Shown here: positions 1 through 6,207 of the stretch, in pieces
How positions within the stretch are numbered: the stretch's first letter is position 1
How the letters are laid out: every line of letters starts with the position of its first letter
UHGV virus genome: UHGV-0262016
Length of the DNA: 12,937 nucleotides
Strand: one strand, 5' to 3'
DNA from: a virus
Made by a program: the position numbers and the translations under genes
Notes under the pieces: model-generated
The model's input: the letters and a program-made list of their open reading frames with translations, nothing else
What the model was told of the DNA's origin: nothing
Databases searched by the model: none

Positions 1-2081
1 AGCCACCATTTAATGGTGTCCCGATCAATGACTCCGCCAGCAGTTTCCAGATCGATAGTCTTACTAAATTCCGGTCCCATATCTCCGGTTTGCGGATCGA
101 AAAATATTGCACCTATTGAGATAATCGGGGCATCAGGATTTTTTCCCATGGTTTCGAGGTCAATCATTAGATGGTCACACGTCCTGCTGGTGGATGTGAT
201 TTCGTGATGACCGTTCACCTTAATTGAGTGATCTGCCGCCTCGCCAGTTTTATTATCGCTGGCGTGGTCCTGAGCGCTGCCAGCGTTCTCCTTGTGTGGA
301 TGTTCAGCGCCTTCCATTTCCTCCGGATCGTTTTCCTGAACTTCAACCTGATTCTCTTCATCGAATGTTTCCTGGTATGTTGCGTCGCCCATCACCGCGC
401 CACAATCAGGGCAGTTGCCGCCACCGCTCTGACCGCAGGCAGTGCAGACTTTTTCCGGTTCCTGTTGCGCTACTGGCTCAGGTTGTTTCGTTTCTGGCTC
501 GTTTTGTAACGCATTTGGGCTGTTTTGTTCCGCTTTCTGGTCGTTCTGTTCCGTTTCTTGCTGGTTCTGATTCACTGAATCGCGGATTTCAATCCCCTTC
601 ACCCATTTCGGATCATTCGGGTCGCTAATCCCTGCAACAAATTCACCGCGAGAGGCCGCAAGCAACTTATCGGCGTCAGGCTGGCTGGTATTGGCTGCCT
701 GCATAATTTTGTTTACTTCGTCAGTGGTAGCTTTTACCTGATTAACCGGATCTATCTGTGCCTGAGTATCCAGCGATTGCGTGTCCTGGCGATGTTCAGT
801 TGTATCCGGCTCCATTGCTTCAGTCGTTGCCTGTTCATCTGCCATTGCGTCAGACGGTTGTGATTTTTCCTCATTATTTTTTTCTTCTTCTGTTTCGCAT
901 TCAGCAGCCAGTTCGCGGTTAACTTCTTCCAGGATATCTTTTTCCGGTGTATGTCGTGCAGCAGCGAGAGTTTCCTCGGTAGGGTTCTCGTGATCAGTCT
1001 CCGTTAAATAGGCGTTGATATACCCCTGAAGGCGTCCCGGGTAATGATAAAACTCAGGGTGTGCGCTCCGGATAAGTGCAAAAATAGCGGCGCGGGAATA
1101 ATCCAGGATACCCGGGATTGCGCGAAGTGCTGCGGACCATTCTTTGAACGGACTTTCTTTCTTCCGGACGACTTCTTTTGCGCGACGATAAACGCTGCCC
1201 GGAATTTCATAAATATTAAAATCCATCGGAAGTGTGGCCGCTGCAATCTCCACATCCAGCGTATCGAAGGTGTGTACTAAATTCGGATTGCGATCGGTTT
1301 TGTTCCCTCCACCGGCATTAGCACCGGAAGCCGTGCGGGTGATGCGTGAAACACGATTTCCTTTCATCCACTCTTTTGTCAGCAGACCGCGATCGGTGTA
1401 GTCAGCGCCCAGGTATGCTTCGAAAAAAGCAGTCATTAGCCCCAGGCCTGAATTGCCAGGATTAGGGAAAACTTTGTCAGTATCACGCACCAGTTTGTGG
1501 AGATCGCGAATTTCCAGTGGATCGAGCAGACTGATTTTATGCGAAATAGCGAGGGCAGTAACAGCTGGTAGTTCTTCAGCCCGTGCAATGTGTAATGCCT
1601 GGAGTTCGTCGCGTGAAACGTGCGTTACCGGTTTTTCGCTGCCGCGTTGAGCAAGCCAGCGAATGGGCAGTTCCTGACCGGAAACCGGCAGAAGCATGTT
1701 CTCCTCAATCTCAGCCATGTCTTCGCCGTTGACGTTGGTATTGTCAGTGCTGGCTGGTTTATCCTGAACAGAGGGCGAGGGCGCGATAAGTACCATTGTG
1801 ATACCATCTTCCCCGCCTTTTTCGTATCGGTTGCAGAATTCGGTATCAAACACGCCTTCCGGAGGAAGGTCATTCACAACGGGTAAATGGACGCGAACAG
1901 GTTTTTTAAAATCCTCTTCGTCAAATCCGGCATCATCCATTGCGACAACACCGCGTGATATTGCAACCGATAATTTTTTTGCTGTGCGCCAGTAAAAACC
2001 GCCTTTAATCCCAAGGCGTTTTCTGACTTTGTCATTTTTGGCTTCGTAATATAGTGCAATTTCTTCTTTATCAGCGCTCAT
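1..2081 (-). CDS. recE: RecE-like exonuclease (exodeoxyribonuclease VIII-like), N-terminal 693 codons; 3' end lies beyond the window start
   Basis: Uninterrupted minus-strand frame from ATG at 2081..2079 to position 1, translated by hand (starts [24 protein letters not shown]...). SD GAGG 9 nt upstream. Acidic/Gln-rich linker and a CxxC...CxxC motif (aa ~546-560). Sits downstream of dicB/ydfD-like genes as in Rac/Qin. The ORF track omits it because it is edge-truncated. Symbol rests on synteny and recalled similarity. Confidence 0.6.
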   Translation of the reverse strand, partial: MSADKEEIALYYEAKNDKVRKRLGIKGGFYWRTAKKLSVAISRGVVAMDDAGFDEEDFKKPVRVHLPVVNDLPPEGVFDTEFCNRYEKGGEDGITMVLIAPSPSVQDKPASTDNTNVNGEDMAEIEENMLLPVSGQELPIRWLAQRGSEKPVTHVSRDELQALHIARAEELPAVTALAISHKISLLDPLEIRDLHKLVRDTDKVFPNPGNSGLGLMTAFFEAYLGADYTDRGLLTKEWMKGNRVSRITRTASGANAGGGNKTDRNPNLVHTFDTLDVEIAAATLPMDFNIYEIPGSVYRRAKEVVRKKESPFKEWSAALRAIPGILDYSRAAIFALIRSAHPEFYHYPGRLQGYINAYLTETDHENPTEETLAAARHTPEKDILEEVNRELAAECETEEEKNNEEKSQPSDAMADEQATTEAMEPDTTEHRQDTQSLDTQAQIDPVNQVKATTDEVNKIMQAANTSQPDADKLLAASRGEFVAGISDPNDPKWVKGIEIRDSVNQNQQETEQNDQKAEQNSPNALQNEPETKQPEPVAQQEPEKVCTACGQSGGGNCPDCGAVMGDATYQETFDEENQVEVQENDPEEMEGAEHPHKENAGSAQDHASDNKTGEAADHSIKVNGHHEITSTSRTCDHLMIDLETMGKNPDAPIISIGAIFFDPQTGDMGPEFSKTIDLETAGGVIDRDTIKWW

Positions 2082-2158
2082 TGATAAACCTCGTAACTAT
2101 TTTTAGGGTGAACAAATCCCTGCCGTTGCTGGCATATAAAAATGAAACCGGATATTTA

Positions 2159-2362
2159 TTACGGTGCTGGTTTAAGTCCTGCCGGGATTTCGTTATTGTC
2201 CATGTGAATAACTTTATCAACCGGATAACAGTTACCGGGAATTTTCTGTTCTGCTGCGGCAGCCATGCATTCTTTCATTGAACCGTAAATGTCAATAACC
2301 AGGTCAACAGGCTCGCCAGTATTAAGAAAAACAGTCAGAGTGAGGGCAATAGCAGTATTCAT
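2159..2362 (-). CDS. ydfD: Small protein with hydrophobic N-terminus (YdfD-like, putative lysis/membrane protein)
   Basis: ATG at 2362 overlaps the dicB stop (ATGA coupling); SD AAGGA 8 nt upstream. Product MNTAIALTLTVFLNTGEPVDLVIDIYGSMKECMAAAAEQKIPGNCYPVDKVIHMDNNEIPAGLKPAP (67 aa). The track's upstream ATG at 2416 has no usable SD. Symbol by position after dicB. Confidence 0.5.
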   Translation of the reverse strand: MNTAIALTLTVFLNTGEPVDLVIDIYGSMKECMAAAAEQKIPGNCYPVDKVIHMDNNEIPAGLKPAP

Positions 2363-2547
2363 TGCCAGTATCCTTTTTGCATCAGACGTAAACGGGCCAG
2401 CATTGAAACAATGCATATTTGATTTAATAACTCCCGTTCGTGTTTTCTCTTATTAATGGCATCTTCAGTAAATGCAGGGTTACTGATACTGACACCAATT
2501 TCAAAACAACCTTCAGACGTATTAACGTTTGGTAATAATGTTTCCAT
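2359..2547 (-). CDS. dicB: Cell division inhibitor DicB (62 aa)
   Basis: 62-aa ORF METLLPNVNTSEGCFEIGVSISNPAFTEDAINKRKHERELLNQICIVSMLARLRLMQKGYWQ closely matches my recollection of K-12 DicB (MKTLLPNVNTSEGCFEIGV...). SD GAGG 8 nt upstream of ATG at 2547. Lies directly downstream of a DicF-like RNA. Confidence 0.8.
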   Translation of the reverse strand: METLLPNVNTSEGCFEIGVSISNPAFTEDAINKRKHERELLNQICIVSMLARLRLMQKGYWQ

Positions 2548-2564
2548 TATCGCGTCCTCAACAA

Positions 2565-2724
2565 TGAATTTTGTGATGCGGTGCCTGGTGCCTCCAGGTG
2601 ACGTTAACCAGTTAACAATTAACGCCGGATACAGGGAAACCCATAAACACCCGATACGGGGGAACTAATCGCTTTTTAACTGTTCCGCGTGCGCTGAGCC
2701 GCATTCACCGCATCACAAAATTCA
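2565..2724. repeat. Perfect 19-bp inverted repeat (TGAATTTTGTGATGCGGTG at 2565-2583; reverse complement at 2706-2724) enclosing 122 bp between the DicF-like terminator and the dicB ribosome-binding site
   Basis: Both arms read directly and are exact reverse complements. The enclosed segment contains smaller hairpins (CCTGG/CCAGG 2584-2598) and tandem GTTAAC hexamers (2603-2616). Confidence 0.9.
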
Positions 2725-2728
2725 CTTT

Positions 2729-2783
2729 AAAAAGGGCGGACATCAGCCAGCAATGAAACTGATGCCGCCAAAGGTACAAATCA
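2729..2783 (-). ncRNA. dicF: DicF-like small RNA with intrinsic terminator
   Basis: Minus-strand RNA 5'-UUGAUUUGUACCUUUGGCGGCAUCAGUUUCAUUGCUGGCUGAUGUCCGCCCUUUUU-3'. An 11-bp GC-rich stem with one bulge (plus coordinates 2734-2768) is followed by U5. It resembles the K-12 DicF sequence as I recall it (shared UUUGGCGG.AUCAGUUU and CCGCCCUUUUUAAAGUGAAUUUUGUGAUG). Sits immediately upstream of dicB as in Qin. The 5' end is approximate. Confidence 0.6.
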
Positions 2784-3110
2784 ACATGGAGTGTTGTAGC
2801 GGGGTTGTCACTTAAGCGTATGGTCAACCTGACAACCCGGTGTCCTCAACGGGGAAGGAATAACCCCGCCATACTTACCGCCGCGCCATTTCGCGGAGTG
2901 CCACAACCGGAAGCGCACGGTCGACGAAAATTTAACGACAGGCTATCTATGAACCAGCTACCTCGCCGTGCGCTTTCGCGTTATGGTCTGACTTTTCAGG
3001 GAAATATCCTTTCAGTAAACTGTCAGTGCCGGATGCTCACCCGTGTCCGGCGCACGCACTCCACCTCACCCGTGGAGAACTCCTTAATCACCAACCCTCA
3101 GGAGGGTGAA

Positions 3111-3386
3111 ATGTCGACTGAAAATGATGAAATCATTAACTCCCTGATACGCCAGATTAATAATTTTGATAAAGCATTGCAGCATGCTGCGGCGCGTAGC
3201 GATATAACTCTTTTAGCAATTTCATTTCTTGCATCTGTTATGGATAAAAATGAAGTCGTACGACAGAGTCTTGTTGATTATATCGACTCGCTTCAACCCG
3301 GCACTTTCAATCATGAGAGCTTCAATCATGAGAAAGAGCATGTTAAGTCTGTAATTAATTCTCTTATTTTGAATCAAAAGAATTAA
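3111..3386 (+). CDS. Hypothetical 91-aa protein, AT-rich, opposite strand to the surrounding operon (sieB-equivalent slot)
   Basis: ATG at 3111 with SD GGAGG 5 nt upstream. Product MSTENDEIINSLIRQINNFDKALQHAAARSDITLLAISFLASVMDKNEVVRQSLVDYIDSLQPGTFNHESFNHEKEHVKSVINSLILNQKN. The long in-frame extension in track ORF 2805..3386 is Arg-rich and GC-rich, so judged non-coding. No family recognised. Confidence 0.55.
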   Translation: MSTENDEIINSLIRQINNFDKALQHAAARSDITLLAISFLASVMDKNEVVRQSLVDYIDSLQPGTFNHESFNHEKEHVKSVINSLILNQKN

Positions 3387-3684
3387 TGCTTTTTGTTGCA
3401 AAGTAATTTTCAAGGGGTTCTATTCGAATCCCTTTCTTTTTCATTAACAAGCCAAACCCCTTATCAATGATGTCCATTAGTTCCAGGAAGTATTTTTCAT
3501 GTAAATCCTGGTTATCAGAGAGCTGCTTCTCTTCGTACAGACCGATAAAGGCACGACGCACGTTACCGGATATAGTATCGATGGTTTCTTTTTCTACGGT
3601 ACTCAGGTCAAGAGTCGCCAGTTGGGAACGAACTATATTCGCTGCCATTTCCTGGAATTGCATTGGTAAATCTTTAAATTCCAT
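3364..3684 (-). CDS. Hypothetical 106-aa protein, AT-rich; 3' end overlaps the convergent plus-strand gene by 23 bp
   Basis: ATG at 3684 with SD GAGG 6 nt upstream, 22 bp downstream of the ydfC-like stop. Product MEFKDLPMQFQEMAANIVRSQLATLDLSTVEKETIDTISGNVRRAFIGLYEEKQ... No family recognised. Confidence 0.5.
   Translation of the reverse strand: MEFKDLPMQFQEMAANIVRSQLATLDLSTVEKETIDTISGNVRRAFIGLYEEKQLSDNQDLHEKYFLELMDIIDKGFGLLMKKKGIRIEPLENYFATKSINSFDSK
3412..3442 (+). terminator. Intrinsic terminator for the plus-strand 91-aa gene
   Basis: AAGGGGTTC / GAATCCCTT stem (9 bp including one G-U pair), 5-nt loop, then TCTTTTTC. Lies inside the 3' end of the convergent minus-strand ORF. Confidence 0.55.
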
Positions 3685-3706
3685 TATTAGCCTCGTTGGT
3701 TAGCTA

Positions 3707-3925
3707 TTAACGCGGGTATGTAATCATTCTGGCAATGCTTAATGCCGCTGCTTTTTCCAGCCTAGTGATATCCTGCTCCAGAGCGGACAGATTTTCAGCC
3801 TGCTTAGCCCCGGCTTCATTGGCCCATTTCAGATCCTGCGCTGCATTAATTTTCTGGCGCATCCACTCATAAAGCTCATCATCGGTATAGTCTGGCGCGA
3901 TGATGACGGGTTCTCGTTTCTGCAT
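3707..3925 (-). CDS. ydfC: YdfC-like small protein (72 aa)
   Basis: ATG at 3925 with SD GAGG 7 nt upstream. Product MQKREPVIIAPDYTDDELYEWMRQKINAAQDLKWANEAGAKQAENLSALEQDITRLEKAAALSIARMITYPR. Length and position match K-12 Qin ydfC as recalled. Confidence 0.6.
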   Translation of the reverse strand: MQKREPVIIAPDYTDDELYEWMRQKINAAQDLKWANEAGAKQAENLSALEQDITRLEKAAALSIARMITYPR

Positions 3926-3954
3926 ACTGATTCCTCGCGGTGCTGTTTCGCTTA

Positions 3955-4083
3955 TCAGCCGCTAGATTTTGCCGAGCTGGAAAGCGCCTGTTTAAATTCG
4001 CTGAAGCTGAGAGTTTCTTCGCCTTCGGCAAGGCCTTCGAAGTATTCTTCGTAAGCCTTTTCCATGATTGTGTCGAAATCCAT
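3955..4083 (-). CDS. ydfB: YdfB-like small acidic protein (42 aa)
   Basis: Hand-translated ORF not in the track (below its length cutoff): MDFDTIMEKAYEEYFEGLAEGEETLSFSEFKQALSSSAKSSG, stop TGA at 3957..3955. SD GGTGA 5 nt upstream; ATG lies 1 nt after the upstream gene's stop. Length and order match Qin ydfB as recalled. Preferred over the overlapping track ORF 3879..4088. Confidence 0.5.
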   Translation of the reverse strand: MDFDTIMEKAYEEYFEGLAEGEETLSFSEFKQALSSSAKSSG

Positions 4084-4084
4084 A

Positions 4085-4240
4085 TCACTCACCTGAGTTT
4101 CTTTCCAGCCAGCGACGGGCACCATTTTCGGTTTTAAACGTTTTGCTTTTGGTATACGTCATCGCGGTGAACGTGCCGTCTTGGTTGGGAAACACGCCGT
4201 ACACCAGAGATTCGTTGTTGCCAAGAACGATAGTATCCAT
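4085..4240 (-). CDS. ydfA: YdfA-like small protein (51 aa); an alternative upstream start at 4321 would give 78 aa
   Basis: Internal ATG at 4240 with SD GAGG 5 nt upstream gives MDTIVLGNNESLVYGVFPNQDGTFTAMTYTKSKTFKTENGARRWLERNSGE (51 aa), matching the recalled ydfA length. The upstream ATG at 4321 (SD GAGG 9 nt) cannot be excluded. Confidence 0.55.
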   Translation of the reverse strand: MDTIVLGNNESLVYGVFPNQDGTFTAMTYTKSKTFKTENGARRWLERNSGE

Positions 4241-4421
4241 GCTGACCTCATTTCCCCTTAACGCCGGGGTAGCGGAACAAAAACCTGCTGCATAGTTATT
4301 AAAGTTGAACCCTGCCGTCATGTTCTTACGCCTCGGGCTGGCTACTTAACCCCTGACCACTGCCTGGTAACTCGAAGTATTGCCCTGCGTTCTGTGGGGC
4401 GGGGTGGGTTGGTATGGAAAA

Positions 4422-4464
4422 ACTATAGGTAATGCCTAATTATTTGTCAATAGGCTATGCCTAA
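4422..4464 (-). promoter_or_regulatory. PL-like leftward promoter with overlapping operators (OL1 4425-4439, OL2 4450-4464)
   Basis: On the minus strand: -35 TTGACA (plus 4445-4450), 17-bp spacer, -10 TATAGT (plus 4422-4427). Operators ATAGGT-aat-GCCTAA and ATAGGC-tat-GCCTAA, centres 25 bp apart, match the OR palindromes. Confidence 0.6.
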
Positions 4465-4558
4465 TAATTTAGATGCAACCTAATAAGTGATGGTATGTGG
4501 GAGATGTAGTAGGAGTTAACTAACGGGATCTAGGAGTTTCCCGTCGGACCATATAAGT

Positions 4559-5035
4559 TTAAGTTCCTGTCTTGGTGATGTTCTGGCTTTTCCGTTTTGA
4601 TTCTTGATTTTTCAAATAGTTACCTACCTTCATTTCCATTGCGGCAATGTAGGCGCGAACGTCATGATCAACCCAACTAGGCTCCGTAGCATTTCCAGAT
4701 AAGAGGAAAGCTACAATTGCTCTTTTTTCATCAGAGGCGGCTTGATAAAGGCTGTTTATGTCTAAAAGTTCACTTTTTGTATTTGAAGTGGATGGGGTTG
4801 GTATGGGGTATTCGTTAAGCCCCCAATGCTCTGGACCAACCACATCAGAAAAGAAACGCCATAGTTCTGGAAGTTTATCTTTACTTATCGAACCTTTCTT
4901 AATCCAGTCATGGATTGATGGTGGTTGGACTTTGAAATGACGTGCGATCTCCGCCTTTGATTTGACGGCTCCTGATGCAATTTTTTTGTTAATGGCCTGC
5001 TCTATCGCTCGGCCCAAGTCTTTACCACTAAGCAT
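4559..5035 (-). CDS. racR: Prophage repressor, HTH (XRE/CI-like), 158 aa, RacR-like
   Basis: 158-aa ORF with an HTH-like segment (SKAEIARHFKVQPPSIHDWIKKG); SD GGAG 11 nt upstream. Divergent from a cro-like gene and flanked by operator palindromes. The 158/107/141-aa trio matches the Rac racR-ydaS-ydaT layout as recalled; symbol by synteny and length. Confidence 0.65.
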   Translation of the reverse strand: MLSGKDLGRAIEQAINKKIASGAVKSKAEIARHFKVQPPSIHDWIKKGSISKDKLPELWRFFSDVVGPEHWGLNEYPIPTPSTSNTKSELLDINSLYQAASDEKRAIVAFLLSGNATEPSWVDHDVRAYIAAMEMKVGNYLKNQESKRKSQNITKTGT

Positions 5036-5063
5036 TGCTTAATAGTCTCCTATGCGCATCGCG

Positions 5064-5132
5064 TTAGGCAATCCCTATGTTTAGTGCATTAGGCATAGCC
5101 TATTGACAATTGCGTTAGGCGAAGCCTAATAT
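5064..5132 (+). promoter_or_regulatory. OR/PR region: three operators (OR3 5064-5078, OR2 5089-5103, OR1 5115-5129) and the rightward promoter
   Basis: OR1 TTAGGCgaaGCCTAA is a perfect palindrome; OR2 TTAGGCataGCCTAT; OR3 TTAGGCaatCCCTAT is degenerate. Centres are 25-26 bp apart. -35 TTGACA 5103-5108, 18-bp spacer, -10 TAATAT 5127-5132; OR1 overlaps the spacer and -10. Confidence 0.65.
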
Positions 5133-5159
5133 CATTGTGTGTTTTTTGGAGTTCATTCG

Positions 5160-5483
5160 ATGAAAAAAGAGAACTATTCATTCAAACGGGCTTGTGCTGT
5201 TGTCGGTGGGCAATCAGCAATGGCTAGGCTTTTAGGTGTATCTCCTCCAAGCGTAAATCAATGGATCAAAGGTGTACGTCAGTTGCCTGCTGAGAGATGT
5301 CCTGCGATTGAACGAGCAACAAAAGGTGGTGTCCTGTGTGAAGAACTTCGTCCTGATGTTGATTGGTCATACTTACGACGCCCGTCATGTTATTCGCAGA
5401 ATATGTCGATGAAGCAACCAAATGACGAAAACGATCATACCCGAAGCATCAAGAGGCAAATGATTCATGAAAATCAAACATGA
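5160..5483 (+). CDS. ydaS: Cro/CII-like HTH protein (YdaS-like)
   Basis: ATG at 5160 with SD GGAG 8 nt upstream, about 28 nt after the PR -10. HTH-like GGQSAMARLLGVSPPSVNQWIKG. Divergent from the repressor. Confidence 0.6.
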   Translation: MKKENYSFKRACAVVGGQSAMARLLGVSPPSVNQWIKGVRQLPAERCPAIERATKGGVLCEELRPDVDWSYLRRPSCYSQNMSMKQPNDENDHTRSIKRQMIHENQT

Positions 5484-5892
5484 GCACATCCGCATGGCGA
5501 TGAATGCCTGGGCGCGTCCGGATGGTGAAAAAGTTCCGGTAGCCGAGATAACCAGGGTTTATTTCGAGCTGGGCATGACGTTTCCTGAGCTGTACGACGA
5601 CAGCCATCCGGAAGCCCTGGCCCGCAATACTCAGAAAATTTTCCGCTGGGTAGAGAAAGACACCCCTGATGCTGTTGAAAAAATTCAGGCGTTGTTACCA
5701 GCGATCGAAAAAGCAATGCCGCCTCTGCTGGTGGCCCGAATGCGCAGCCACAGTTCAGCCTTTTTTCGGGAACTGGTGGAGACGCGGGAACGACTGGTGA
5801 GAGACGCTGATGATTTTGTCGCAGTGGCGATCGCTGGTTTCAATCAGATGAATCGTGGTGGCCCGGCGGGAAATGCCGTGGTCGTTCATTAA
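5467..5892 (+). CDS. ydaT: YdaT-like protein (141 aa)
   Basis: ATG at 5467 overlaps the end of the previous gene; SD GAGG 10 nt upstream. Length and position as in Rac ydaT. Symbol by synteny. Confidence 0.55.
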   Translation: MKIKHEHIRMAMNAWARPDGEKVPVAEITRVYFELGMTFPELYDDSHPEALARNTQKIFRWVEKDTPDAVEKIQALLPAIEKAMPPLLVARMRSHSSAFFRELVETRERLVRDADDFVAVAIAGFNQMNRGGPAGNAVVVH

Positions 5893-5913
5893 GAATAGTA
5901 CAGGAGAAAATGG

Positions 5914-6207
5914 ATGACATTTACAAATGAAGGTCGAATTGTTTTTGATTTTGAGTACGAAACACCATTGCAGAGATTGATTATGTTAAGAATTTTCTGC
6001 TCTGGGAGTGGTGATGGTGGGCGCGAAAAGCGTTTTGAAGATCAGGAATTCCGACGTTTTTGTTGTTGTACGTTTGATGAGTTTGAGCAGGCTATCGCGA
6101 AACTTATCGAGATGGGAGTGATTCATAAAATAAGTTATGGATATCAATACGGAAAGCCATCAAGCGGTTACATCATCAAAGATCCGGGTGAAATTATTCA
6201 GTTATGA
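5914..6207 (+). CDS. Hypothetical 97-aa protein, translationally coupled to the replication initiator
   Basis: SD AGGAG 7 nt upstream of ATG 5914; its stop overlaps the next start (ATGA at 6204-6207). Confidence 0.5.
   Translation: MTFTNEGRIVFDFEYETPLQRLIMLRIFCSGSGDGGREKRFEDQEFRRFCCCTFDEFEQAIAKLIEMGVIHKISYGYQYGKPSSGYIIKDPGEIIQL

Noticed and set aside
13-1280. Plus-strand track ORFs inside the RecE-like gene (13..207, 224..628, 228..509, 781..993, 1044..1280)
   Set aside because: They lie antisense to, or out of frame with, a 2-kb uninterrupted minus-strand gene that has a proper SD and start; compositions are Arg/Ser/Cys-rich junk-like, with no SDs.
2805-3110. N-terminal 102-codon extension of track ORF 2805..3386
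   Set aside because: Arg/Pro-rich translation typical of a GC-rich non-coding frame; the strong SD and ATG are at 3111; the region is full of hairpins.
3879-4088. Track ORF 3879..4088 (-), 69 aa
   Set aside because: Lys/Arg-rich low-complexity product overlapping the ydfC-like gene by 47 bp; the alternative 42-aa frame (3955..4083) has an SD, stop-start coupling and matches the expected ydfB size.
4500-4545. Hairpin ACGGGA...TCCCGT downstream of the repressor stop as its terminator
   Set aside because: The stem is only 6 bp and is not followed by a U-tract on the minus strand, so not called.
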